This document shows, piece by piece, positions 1 to 9,125 of a stretch of DNA of 48,332 nt. The DNA comes from an uncultured Gammaproteobacteria bacterium (GTDB taxonomy: Bacteria; Patescibacteriota; Patescibacteriia; VMEV01; CAYQCH01): positions 1-48,332 of the forward strand of contig CAYQCH010000003.1 in the NCBI GenBank assembly GCA_964415935.1. The letters are read 5' to 3'. Below the pieces are notes generated by a model that was given only the letters and a program-made list of their open reading frames with translations, had not been told where the DNA came from and made no database searches. The translations under genes and the position numbers were made by a program. The first letter of the stretch is position 1, and the number at the start of each line of letters is the position of its first letter.

Positions 1-1202
1 ATGTCTTTTTTGGCATACGCTTCCAGCAAGGCGCGGTCGATAAGCGAATCGTCGCCGTGCGTCAGGCGGTCTTGCGGGTTGTTGGGGTCCTGCAGCATCA
101 GGCGCACCAGGCCTTTCATGGCAATGACGGCCGAACGCAGGATGTCGCCGGCGGCGATTTGCGTGCCCACGGCGCGCGGCAGGTCAAACGGGTTAATCTT
201 GCTTTCCGAGGACAGCGAGACGTTGATGAACGTGCCGCCCACGGCATCGGAAAGATGCTTGTATTCCATTTCCGGGTCGATGACGATGACATCCGCGCCC
301 ATCATAAGGCTGCGCAAAATCTCCAGCTTGATGGCATAGCTTTTGCCCGCGCCGGACGTGGCAAAAACCGTATAATTGGCATTCTGCAACGAAAAACGGT
401 CGTAAATGATCAAGCTGTTGTTGTGGCGGTTGATGCCGTAGAGCACGCCCGTGTCGGACGTCAGGTCGGACGACATGAACGGAAAGCTGGAAGCCGCCGG
501 CGACGAATTCATGTTAAAACCGATCATGATTTCGTCATTTCCCAACGGCAGCGTAGAGTTAAATCCCTGTTCCGTCTGAAAAAAAGACCGGCGCGACGTT
601 ACCAGCTGGCCTCCCAGCATGAGTTCCACGCGCTCCGTCAGCTTGTCCAGCGCTTCCACGTTCTTTTCGTATAGCGTTACGTACAACCCGAATTGGAAAA
701 AACGCTCTGAGCCTTGCGTCAGCTGATCGCGCAAGCCTTCAATGTCGCGCAAAGCGGTTTCGTCTTCCGGATTGCGCGGTTTTCCGCTTTCCGCGTCGCC
801 GGAAATTTGCGCCTGCAAGATACCCACTTTTTTCTTCAGCTGTTTAAGGATGATGGCCGAATCAATGGGATAAAAGAACATGCCCACGTCCAGCGTCTGG
901 CTTAGGTTGAGAATGGGGGCGAACCAGCCCACGCCAATCACGCGCGGATAATCCACCACAAACAGCGTGCGCACGAACCATTCGCCCAGGCGCAAATATT
1001 GCGGCGTAACCTCCATGGACGACGGCGCGATGATGTCGCGGACAGTTACGACGCCGCGCCGGTAGACGCGTTCCTCTTCCAGCAACTGGCGCTCCACCTG
1101 CGTCTTGGCCTTTTGCGCCTCTTTGGCGGCCCGGCCTTTCAATTTCACTTCCGGTTCCTCTGTGGGAAGCCGCGAAGCCTGTAAATTCGTTCCGTTGGCC
1201 AT
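1..1202 (-). CDS. virB4: VirB4/TrbE-like type IV secretion ATPase, N-terminal ~400 aa (C-terminus lies beyond the left window edge)
   Basis: Absent from the ORF track because it runs off the edge. My minus-strand translation from ATG 1202..1200 gives MANGTNLQAS...FVVDYPRVIGVGWFAPIL...NYTVFATSGAGKSYAIKLEIL...ADVIVIDPEMEY. It has a Walker A (GAGKS) and a hydrophobic-D-PE Walker B-like motif typical of VirB4-class ATPases. Confidence 0.8.
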   Translation of the reverse strand, partial: MANGTNLQASRLPTEEPEVKLKGRAAKEAQKAKTQVERQLLEEERVYRRGVVTVRDIIAPSSMEVTPQYLRLGEWFVRTLFVVDYPRVIGVGWFAPILNLSQTLDVGMFFYPIDSAIILKQLKKKVGILQAQISGDAESGKPRNPEDETALRDIEGLRDQLTQGSERFFQFGLYVTLYEKNVEALDKLTERVELMLGGQLVTSRRSFFQTEQGFNSTLPLGNDEIMIGFNMNSSPAASSFPFMSSDLTSDTGVLYGINRHNNSLIIYDRFSLQNANYTVFATSGAGKSYAIKLEILRSLMMGADVIVIDPEMEYKHLSDAVGGTFINVSLSSESKINPFDLPRAVGTQIAAGDILRSAVIAMKGLVRLMLQDPNNPQDRLTHGDDSLIDRALLEAYAKKD

Positions 1203-1206
1203 ATGG

Positions 1207-1902
1207 TTAAATCATGCCGGTTACCTGTTCAACATCAAGCTTGTTTACGTCCTTAATGCGCTGCTGTTCGGAAATATCCGGATTATACGACTCGTAGTAC
1301 AGTTCAATCAGGTTTTGCGTGTTCAACACCACGCTGTTCAGCCCCATACCCTGCAGGCCCGACAGCACCAGGTCGACGCGCTGCATGAGCACCTTGCGGC
1401 GCTCCAGGAATTTTTTTCGCTGCAACGTAACGCGCGTGGCGGGAATAAACAGGCTCTGGAAGCGGTCCATGAATCCGCGTTGCGTATCTTGTCCCGGCGC
1501 GTACGGGACGACGACGTAAAACCGCTTGCTCATGATTTCGCCCAGTTCCACGAGTTCGGCCACAAAGTTGCGGTAATCCGCGATCTGCAATTTCAGCAAA
1601 TCATTGGTTTGCTCGCGGTACTTCTGGTCCAATGAGGCGATGTAATTGTCGATGTTCAGCTTGCGCGACTGGATGACAATCTGAATGGGAAACTTCAATG
1701 AATTGAGAAATTGCGTGTACGACGAAACGGTGGCGTTCTGCTCCTGCTCGGACTTCAGAGAAAAATTCAACGACGACGTCAAGATCACGGCGCGCAATGT
1801 GCCGTCTTTCATGACCACCACGTCATCTTGAATCTGCGCGATGTCGATATATCGCTGGGTGGAGGCTGCCGGTTTGTTTCCTGCAAGTTTTTTGGAACGC
1901 AT
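1207..1902 (-). CDS. T4SS-associated protein resembling the extreme N-terminal module of Gram-positive/CPR VirB4 proteins
   Basis: 231-aa ORF. Its stop (TAA 1209..1207) is 4 nt from the virB4 ATG, in a different frame. The motif IDIAQIQDDVVVMKDGTLRAVILTSSLNFSLKSEQEQ...FLNSLKFPIQIVIQSRKL is recalled from VirB4-family N-termini. The family call is from memory only. Confidence 0.5.
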   Translation of the reverse strand: MRSKKLAGNKPAASTQRYIDIAQIQDDVVVMKDGTLRAVILTSSLNFSLKSEQEQNATVSSYTQFLNSLKFPIQIVIQSRKLNIDNYIASLDQKYREQTNDLLKLQIADYRNFVAELVELGEIMSKRFYVVVPYAPGQDTQRGFMDRFQSLFIPATRVTLQRKKFLERRKVLMQRVDLVLSGLQGMGLNSVVLNTQNLIELYYESYNPDISEQQRIKDVNKLDVEQVTGMI

Positions 1903-1905
1903 ACG

Positions 1906-2382
1906 TTATGGCTGAGCCTTCTTTGTTTCAGGCGTCTGGGGCAGCCGGATTTCAAGGACATCTTCCCCCTGGTAACTGCCGCCCGTGTCCACGACCAGGG
2001 CCAGCTGCGACAACTGGGATGAACTAAACCGACGGCGCGGCGCCGGAGGCGCGACTTCTTCCTCCTTCTTTACCTTGATGTAATGGCGCAGTTCAGCATC
2101 GCTTAACTCCTTGTTCCAGACGCGAATGGAAGGTTTTTTTGTCCGTTCAATAAAGTTGATCAGGAAAAAATGGAAAGGCCGGCCGTTAATTTTGAGGAAT
2201 GCCAGCACGCCGGCAGCCAGGGCAATAAGGACGGTGGCTCCAATGAAGTAAGCAAACCGCAACACGGCATAAGAAATGGCTACGAATATGCCGGCTACAA
2301 TCATGATCAAAAATTGCCGCACCGTGATGGGGCCGATGATCTTGTCTTCCGCATCGATGAATTTTGGTACGGTAAATTGCAT
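1906..2382 (-). CDS. PrgI/VirB3-like small membrane protein
   Basis: 158-aa ORF. MQFTVPKFIDAEDKIIGPITVRQF is followed by two long hydrophobic helices, the PrgI-family pattern. It lies 3 nt upstream of the next ORF, directly before the VirB4 module. Confidence 0.6.
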   Translation of the reverse strand: MQFTVPKFIDAEDKIIGPITVRQFLIMIVAGIFVAISYAVLRFAYFIGATVLIALAAGVLAFLKINGRPFHFFLINFIERTKKPSIRVWNKELSDAELRHYIKVKKEEEVAPPAPRRRFSSSQLSQLALVVDTGGSYQGEDVLEIRLPQTPETKKAQP

Positions 2383-2383
2383 G

Positions 2384-3535
2384 TTAGGCGGTTATGCGCT
2401 CGTTAAGCTCGGCCACGGCCTGCCATTCATCCCAGGACAGTTGCGACGCGCCGCCGCCACCCAGCATCTCTTGCATGGGCTTGCTGTCTTCCAGGCTTTG
2501 CTTGGCAGCCAGCAAATAGGCCTTCATGACATCGGAACTGCGCCAGGCCTGAATGCCTCGCAGGCGCTGGGCATAGCCATCCTGTTCCAATAAATCCAGG
2601 TTCGCTTCGATTTTCTTCACGCGATCCGCCGGATTGGGCGCCAACCTGCGCCAGGTGGCCAGGTCATAGGCCAGCTCATCGACCGGACCGCCAATCGGAC
2701 GGCTCGGCTTTTGGATGTCGGACAGCATGGGACGCGGCGCGGCCGCTGACGGAAGGGAGAATGCCTGTTTGGAAGCCTGCGGGCTGATGGGAAAATACGG
2801 CACATCTGCGGCAGCGGCTTTGTCGAGCGCGACTTTGGCCGGCATGCCGATCTCTTTGCCTACTGGCGCCATGGTGGACGTCATGGGCTTGGAGATGGGA
2901 TTTTCCGGTTTCGTAACAGGCCTGACGCCGTTAGACGGCTGCTCCGGCGCGGTGCCGGCGGCTTGCATGATACCCGCAACGTCCTGTTCGCTCAGGCCGG
3001 CGCCGCCGTCGCGAATATCCTTCATGAGGTTTTGTCGCGTCTCAAACGGCTTGCGCACCTGCTTAAGATGCGCCACCAGAGCCTTGGCCACGCGGCCGCG
3101 CACTTCCCCGCTGGCGAAGGTTATGCCGCTTTTGTTGATGATGACATCAGCTTTGGCCAGCAATTCCTGGTCAGCCATGCCGCGGACAGGCGGAGTGGAA
3201 GGCTGAGGCGCCGGTTGTGGCGGCTGCGGACGGCTTATTACCGGCTGAGCGGATTGTGCGGCGGGTTTCGCAGGGACAGCCGGCGTCGAAGGCATAGATG
3301 GCGCAGCAGGACGCCCGGGAGCCGCAGGCGCGCTCGCCATGGCGCGAGGTTGCATCGGCTGCGAGGCTGGCTTGGCATCCGGAGCGCGCTTTGGACCGAC
3401 ATCGCCAGCGGACGGTGCGTCTTTAACCTCATCCAGCGGCACAAACTTCCCTTCTCTCAAAATCTTATAGGTACCATCCTGGTCGCGGATGATGATGTCG
3501 TTATCCTGATGCTTATGTTTGTTTTCGTCTGCCAT
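2384..3535 (-). CDS. hypothetical protein with a long Pro/Ala-rich low-complexity centre, in the T4SS-like operon
   Basis: 383-aa ORF. Its stop is 1 nt from the PrgI-like start. It has structured N- and C-terminal regions and no recognisable catalytic motif. Confidence 0.55.
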   Translation of the reverse strand: MADENKHKHQDNDIIIRDQDGTYKILREGKFVPLDEVKDAPSAGDVGPKRAPDAKPASQPMQPRAMASAPAAPGRPAAPSMPSTPAVPAKPAAQSAQPVISRPQPPQPAPQPSTPPVRGMADQELLAKADVIINKSGITFASGEVRGRVAKALVAHLKQVRKPFETRQNLMKDIRDGGAGLSEQDVAGIMQAAGTAPEQPSNGVRPVTKPENPISKPMTSTMAPVGKEIGMPAKVALDKAAAADVPYFPISPQASKQAFSLPSAAAPRPMLSDIQKPSRPIGGPVDELAYDLATWRRLAPNPADRVKKIEANLDLLEQDGYAQRLRGIQAWRSSDVMKAYLLAAKQSLEDSKPMQEMLGGGGASQLSWDEWQAVAELNERITA

Positions 3536-3555
3536 ATGAATCTATTTTACCAAAG

Positions 3556-4884
3556 CTAGTACCTCCACACGAGTTTATTCTGGGCCGGATCGTATGTGAC
3601 TACCGTTTTCAGCTCTTTTAGCGAGAGCGGCAGGCGTTGCACCACCTCAAAACTTTGCCAGGCGGCTTCTTCGGGAGAAAGCTTAAAGCGCTGGCTAAAG
3701 ACAATCTGCAGCAATGCCTGCAGAGCCATGGGGCTGGTGGGCGACTGGCGCACGACGTCTTTATTTTTCTCCCCAATGGCCGGCGGCAGCTCCGTTTGCA
3801 GCAACGTGAGGATGCTGGAATGGCGCATGAAGTTGATGAAGCGTTCCTGGTCAGATAGCACGAATTGCAAAATTTCCTTGGCCAGCACCATGTCAGCTTC
3901 CTGGCCGCGAGACATGGCCTTATGCAGCATGGCTACCAATGCGGCGGTACGGTTGGGCAACGGCACGCCTGATGCCGCCACGCGATGCGCGAAACGGGAC
4001 TTCTGGTCACCGACAAATTGCGCAAAATTCTGCTGGAACTGTTCAGGATTCAATGTCGCGACCGGAACGGCTGGCGTGGAGGATAAATTTGGCCTGAACT
4101 CGCCAAATTCTTCTGGATACCCAGTGATGAGATCGGCCAAAAGATCCAACGGGAGTTTGTTTTCACGCGCAAGAGCCTTGTACTGCTTGCGCGTGTCTGG
4201 ATCATACAACTCGCGCACGGCGCCATCACCAACCAACAAGATCCGATCATTTTCATCACGGAAAATTGTTACTTCCTCATATGCTTCCAGATCATCGGAT
4301 CGCAACCGCAAAAATTCATATATGGATATCAACTGCTTCAGTTTCGCCTGTTCTGGTCTGGGGAGAGACTGCACGTCCTTGTTTTGTGATAAAAAGCGTG
4401 CCGTCTGTACATTCGTAACACGGCCTTCATTGATGGAAGAAATGTAGAGCTTTAACCAGTTCGAGACCGTGGGAGAAACCTGCTCAGAACCAAGCTGAAT
4501 TTTGTTTTTGCCAAACGGCTGATTACAGCGTTCCATGGCCGCGCGCCATTTGTCACGCCATTCATTCCTCTCTTCAACATAAAACGACTGGACCAAAGCC
4601 GCCTTCAATACTTCAATGATGTTAATAGTGGGCGGCAAATCGATAATGTCAACGGTATTGGACTCAAACAACTGTTCAATCGTGTTTTCAGACAAAAATC
4701 GCAGCGCCACAAAAGCCATTTTCGCCCTGTTGGAATCCAACAATCGCAAGGTCTGCTCGTCTTTTGGCTTACGATCAGACAACAAAAACTCCAATTCCTT
4801 CATGGCGTCAAATGCCAGAGATCCGTCTGACGTATACAAGGCTTCGGAAATGCGCTCAGAGAGCGGTGTCGTATTATCTGCCAT
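3556..4884 (-). CDS. hypothetical soluble protein in the T4SS-like operon
   Basis: 442-aa ORF with backbone-like codon usage. It starts 9 nt after the VirB6-like stop and ends 20 nt before the next start. No family recognised. Confidence 0.6.
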   Translation of the reverse strand: MADNTTPLSERISEALYTSDGSLAFDAMKELEFLLSDRKPKDEQTLRLLDSNRAKMAFVALRFLSENTIEQLFESNTVDIIDLPPTINIIEVLKAALVQSFYVEERNEWRDKWRAAMERCNQPFGKNKIQLGSEQVSPTVSNWLKLYISSINEGRVTNVQTARFLSQNKDVQSLPRPEQAKLKQLISIYEFLRLRSDDLEAYEEVTIFRDENDRILLVGDGAVRELYDPDTRKQYKALARENKLPLDLLADLITGYPEEFGEFRPNLSSTPAVPVATLNPEQFQQNFAQFVGDQKSRFAHRVAASGVPLPNRTAALVAMLHKAMSRGQEADMVLAKEILQFVLSDQERFINFMRHSSILTLLQTELPPAIGEKNKDVVRQSPTSPMALQALLQIVFSQRFKLSPEEAAWQSFEVVQRLPLSLKELKTVVTYDPAQNKLVWRY

Positions 4885-4893
4885 ACACTAAGA

Positions 4894-7701
4894 CTACCCT
4901 TGCTTAAGGTTTTCGTTCAAAATATCCACATGCTCTTTCTTGATGCCGAACTTTTCAGCATTATCCACCAAAAACTGCTTGGTGTTACGTGGAATTCTTC
5001 CTAATGTCGTTTCATTGGTAATAATCGGCGCGAAGTCTTCCAACTTCAGACGCTCCGAGATGCCTTCGTCCGCAACATACTTGTTTGTGATTGGATCCTT
5101 ATATCCCAACCCATCGCGGCCAAACTTGCGCAGCATATCTTCCAAACTCTGGCCTTCTGTACGATTCTTGATAATTTGTTTCCGCTGCTCCTTCTTTACC
5201 AATTCGAAATCTTTTGTAAGACCATCCATTCTGACCCATCCAGTGTCCGCGAGCTTATTGGCTCCAGCATTTCGGCCCTGCATTTCGGAAATGATGTTTA
5301 ATGCATCCTGCCGTTCAAATCCAAGCTCCTGCTCCAGGTGATCTACCACCGCTGCGCGACCTTCAATCGTGGCCGTAAATTTTGGATTCAAGCGCAGCAG
5401 GACATCATCCGCATTCCCCTGCTTGGCGGCTTGCAGCAAATCACCGGCAAATTTTTCACGGTTGTCGCGGTTATCGTTTGAACGTAATTGCGAATACAAA
5501 TCTTCTAAGTCGTATTTAACATCCCGCTCAAAGTTTTGAGAAACATAGTCCTTGATTTTATCCATGATGTCGGCACGAGAAGCCGCGCGGGCGACCTGCA
5601 CGTCTTTCTGACGTCGCTTGAGCTCTTTAATGGACCGCTCGCCGCGACCTTCCCATGTCGCATCCTTTTGCGAAATGCTTCCCGCAATCGTATTGCCAAC
5701 ACCGATATCCCCCTTTGAGCTCTTCAGAGCCTCGCTCATGGCTTTCAACTTGTCTCCGTTTTGGTCAATCCCCTGCACCCGCGCAACATCGGCATATGCC
5801 GTTTCATCGTAGGCGTCACCGATTGCAGCCCTGGCTTCGTTTATTTGAGGGTTAAGCGCGTTGATCTGCGCATTGAGTTCCGCCGCGCGCACGGTGTCAC
5901 CACTTTCAAACGCATCGTCTCGCAACCGTTCAGTTTGCTTCAACTGATTCCTAAGGCCGGCCAGTTTTCCATATCGGTCAAAATTACCTGCGACTTCCAG
6001 CAATTTAGCGCGCGTCATGCCACCGTACACCCCCTGCTGCTCGGCAGAAAGGTTTTGATACACAAGTTTGGACTTGGAATCATCACGATATGCCTGACCT
6101 TGCGTCTTTAATTGATCCAAAGAACCCCGCTCCACGCGCCCAAACCCAAGCGTGGCGACAAGCCGAGATTTTAAATTGCCAAAGCTTTCACCTTTCACGA
6201 AACCCCGATTCCCTGATAAATAGCCATACGCTGCGGCCCCTAGCCCCCCGCGCTCGGAAAGCCATGCAAGCGTCGAAGCCTGCTTTCTTTCTGCATCAAT
6301 CGCAATACGCTCGCGCTTATCTTGCAAGCCACCCTTTACTCCCTCCCATGCCTGCCAGGGTTTTAAAAGACCAACAGGAATGCCCGTGCGTTTTGTAACC
6401 AGATCCGCGCCAAGGGAATACGTGCTTGCGGCGGCGCCCAGTAGCGACTTGGGAGTTTTTTTAAGCAAGCTTGCAAAGTTATCAATGCCGCTGACATCGC
6501 GGGCCAGACGCCCCCCGCGTACGCCCATCTGCTCGATGATTTCCAACGCAATAAACATCATGCCCAGCGAGATGAGATAGCCGACAAAAATTTGCGGGTC
6601 GGCGGCGACGGTTGATACCGACGGCGGCAAGGACTGGCTTGGACTGAATCCGTACGAACTTTGCAAATTGTTCACGTAAAAAAGCGCGATGATGTAGAGG
6701 AAAAACGCCCCCACCGGCCCGACAATCACATGTTTTATGAACTCTTCAAGCCATTGCCCCCAGTACGAAGCCGCGCGACCCGGGGCGCCCCATAAGAAAA
6801 ACGCGAGCGGAGACAAAATCATGAGAAACCACAGCACCAGGATGCGGAACACCAGAATGATGCAGAACATGACTAATCCGCCGAGGGCAAACACCATCAT
6901 GATAATGGCGATAATAATGGACACCAGGATAGTAACGATATCCAATGGTTCTTTTGTCAAATTTGCCGAATTAATGGATCCGAAGACGCCTCCGATACTC
7001 TCGGAACCAAGGGCGGTAATTGCCGGCAAACGCAACCCCAAAACGTATACCGGTAAAATTTCAATCAGCTGCGCGCCGAATGTGCGCATAACCGAGTCGG
7101 CAAAACTGATGGCGAGCAAACAAATGGTACGGCTCAGATTTACAAGCAGTGCGGCGACAATCAACCGAGGCAACGTCGAACGAAAATTATACGGCTGAAA
7201 CCGGATAATCGTGGAAATGGCAATGGCAATAAGAACAACAATGAAAAAGCTATTGATAATATCTCGTACAATACTCCATCCCACCCCCACCTCTGACTGC
7301 GTCGCATACCCCCTGTAACTCAGCGCCCATTTAAGAATCTCGATGGCAAGTGAGAATAAATAACCAATAAACGAGATAATCTGCAGTAAAATTCCCGCAA
7401 TTGATAACAGGAACAAGTTCACGATGGATTTTCCAGCAGTCTGCAGAGCTCCGATGGGATCCGAGAAAAAACTGGTGTTACTTTCGTTCTGCTCGATGTC
7501 TCCAACGCCTGTGGCGCCGCCCCCCGCTCCCGCGTCGCCGCCCGCCTCGTCACCTCCGCCGGCTGCCGGAGCATCTCCACCCGCCGGCGCGTCTTCCGCC
7601 GCAACGGGCACCGGCAGAACAGCAAAAAAGGCTGGTGTGAACACGAGCACCAGAGCAAAGAATATCGCGGCCATTTTTTGTTTGACGTTGACGGCCATCA
7701 C
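4894..7701 (-). CDS. VirB6/TrbL-like polytopic membrane protein with a long C-terminal coiled-coil/charged domain
   Basis: 935-aa ORF. It has an N-terminal signal/TM, a Gly/Ala/Asp-rich linker, many hydrophobic helices up to about residue 400, then a ~500-aa charged domain. It is the first gene of the operon that ends in VirB4. Confidence 0.55.
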   Translation of the reverse strand: MMAVNVKQKMAAIFFALVLVFTPAFFAVLPVPVAAEDAPAGGDAPAAGGGDEAGGDAGAGGGATGVGDIEQNESNTSFFSDPIGALQTAGKSIVNLFLLSIAGILLQIISFIGYLFSLAIEILKWALSYRGYATQSEVGVGWSIVRDIINSFFIVVLIAIAISTIIRFQPYNFRSTLPRLIVAALLVNLSRTICLLAISFADSVMRTFGAQLIEILPVYVLGLRLPAITALGSESIGGVFGSINSANLTKEPLDIVTILVSIIIAIIMMVFALGGLVMFCIILVFRILVLWFLMILSPLAFFLWGAPGRAASYWGQWLEEFIKHVIVGPVGAFFLYIIALFYVNNLQSSYGFSPSQSLPPSVSTVAADPQIFVGYLISLGMMFIALEIIEQMGVRGGRLARDVSGIDNFASLLKKTPKSLLGAAASTYSLGADLVTKRTGIPVGLLKPWQAWEGVKGGLQDKRERIAIDAERKQASTLAWLSERGGLGAAAYGYLSGNRGFVKGESFGNLKSRLVATLGFGRVERGSLDQLKTQGQAYRDDSKSKLVYQNLSAEQQGVYGGMTRAKLLEVAGNFDRYGKLAGLRNQLKQTERLRDDAFESGDTVRAAELNAQINALNPQINEARAAIGDAYDETAYADVARVQGIDQNGDKLKAMSEALKSSKGDIGVGNTIAGSISQKDATWEGRGERSIKELKRRQKDVQVARAASRADIMDKIKDYVSQNFERDVKYDLEDLYSQLRSNDNRDNREKFAGDLLQAAKQGNADDVLLRLNPKFTATIEGRAAVVDHLEQELGFERQDALNIISEMQGRNAGANKLADTGWVRMDGLTKDFELVKKEQRKQIIKNRTEGQSLEDMLRKFGRDGLGYKDPITNKYVADEGISERLKLEDFAPIITNETTLGRIPRNTKQFLVDNAEKFGIKKEHVDILNENLKQG

Positions 7702-7799
7702 AAGCGGAAACTGAAGTTGTTACGCCATAATTCTACCACATTCCACAAGCGGCACCAATCTTTACAGCCGCCTGCCGCTTTGCCACAATACCCATCACT

Positions 7800-8318
7800 A
7801 TGAATGACGAACATTTCATCGTTTTTGACACGGAAACAACGGGCCTTTATCCACATCTTGGCGATGCCATCATTGAAATTGCCGGGCTGCGCATTGATAA
7901 AGAAGGCAACGTGCTCGACGAGTTTCAAAAATTTATCAACAGCGGCATTCCATCGCATCCCGAAACCATCCGTATTCATGGCCTGACCGACCAGTTCATT
8001 GCCAAGCACGGTGTAGCGCCGCAGGAAGTGTTCCCCGCTTTCATGCACTTTGTGGGTTCATCCACGCTGGTAGGACACAACATCCGTGAATTTGATATGA
8101 AATTCCTTAACAGGCACCTGTTGCAGGTGGGCCTGGCTCCGGCGGAAAATCCGCTTATCGACACGCTGGATCTAGCCCGCGCAAAACTGCCGCAGCTGGG
8201 CAATCACAAGCTGGGCACGCTGGCCGGCAAATTCGGCATCGATTATACCAAAGCGCATCGCGCCATTGAGGACGTGAAAATCAACGCGGAAGTCTTTATC
8301 CGCCTTTTGATGCTTTAA
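7800..8318 (+). CDS. DnaQ-like DEDDh 3'-5' exonuclease (DNA polymerase III epsilon-type domain)
   Basis: 172 aa with all three Exo motifs: FDTETTGL (Exo I), GHNIREFDMKFL (Exo II) and HRAIEDV (Exo III). Confidence 0.85.
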   Translation: MNDEHFIVFDTETTGLYPHLGDAIIEIAGLRIDKEGNVLDEFQKFINSGIPSHPETIRIHGLTDQFIAKHGVAPQEVFPAFMHFVGSSTLVGHNIREFDMKFLNRHLLQVGLAPAENPLIDTLDLARAKLPQLGNHKLGTLAGKFGIDYTKAHRAIEDVKINAEVFIRLLML

Positions 8319-9033
8319 GCAAGGCGCCGACGGCCTTCCCTGCGCCCGCCGATGTTTTGGACCTGCTGGCCTGCCCAGCGCCTTCATATGACTTTTGCCG
8401 CTCATAGCGGCGGATGACCACGTACACGAGAATGGCCGTCGTCGTCCATTCCGGCAACACTTCCCCGACTACGGGAATAAGGCCGATACCCGCGGCCATA
8501 GCAGAACGCTCCAACATCGTCCTCTTCAGATGCTTGGGCGCGCGCCGGATGATGAGATAGATATAGGCTGACCAGGTGATGGGAAACAATACCCAGGCGA
8601 CAAGCCAGCCGATGCCGATAAGATCAAAAACCAAGGGCAGGCCGTCCTGAGCCAGGGCAAAAAACCCAAACGCAATGAATGTGCGAAGACCGATGGGATT
8701 GGGATAATTCGGGTCTTCGGGTTCTGACGTTTGGTTGCGGTTTTGCTGGCGGGATGAAGCAGCAAGCCTGCGTTGGGCCGCCCCGATGCCGCGGCCAGCC
8801 CCGGGGGTCGAACGCAAGGCGCGCGCACTCCCGGGCACCGTCAGGCCGTTTTGCGATGGCGGCGCGGAATCTCGCGCCCCGGAGGGCTGGGCTGCGCCCG
8901 GCTGCGGCACGTTCAGCGGCGGCTGCGAAACCTGCTGCTGCAAACGCGCGCGGTTTCGCGCCGCGTCCAATTGGGATGCGGTCTGCTGGGGGTCAAATCC
9001 CCCTGTTTTCATGGAAGCGGGCAAATCAGCCAT
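8296..9033 (-). CDS. hypothetical membrane protein (Gln/Pro/Ala-rich N-half, ~3 TM helices in the C-half)
   Basis: The ORF 8296..9237 was trimmed to the in-frame ATG at 9033 (MADLPASMK), because the upstream part overlaps the end of the M23 peptidase gene. Hydrophobic helices are present, e.g. FIAFGFFALAQDGLPLVFDLIGIGWLVAWVLFPI. Confidence 0.45.
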   Translation of the reverse strand: MADLPASMKTGGFDPQQTASQLDAARNRARLQQQVSQPPLNVPQPGAAQPSGARDSAPPSQNGLTVPGSARALRSTPGAGRGIGAAQRRLAASSRQQNRNQTSEPEDPNYPNPIGLRTFIAFGFFALAQDGLPLVFDLIGIGWLVAWVLFPITWSAYIYLIIRRAPKHLKRTMLERSAMAAGIGLIPVVGEVLPEWTTTAILVYVVIRRYERQKSYEGAGQASRSKTSAGAGKAVGALLKASKGG

Positions 9034-9125
9034 ATAGCGGCATTGTACCAATCCGGGAGTGGAAAAAGAAACGGCGCAGGTTGCGTGGGGGACACAACCT
9101 GCGCCGTTTTGGGAGGGCGCGGCGC

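Noticed and set aside
1-674. Plus-strand ORFs 1..339 and 57..674 at the left edge.
   Set aside because: They lie antisense to the VirB4-like ATPase, whose Walker A/B motifs are readable on the minus strand, and they have junk-like composition.
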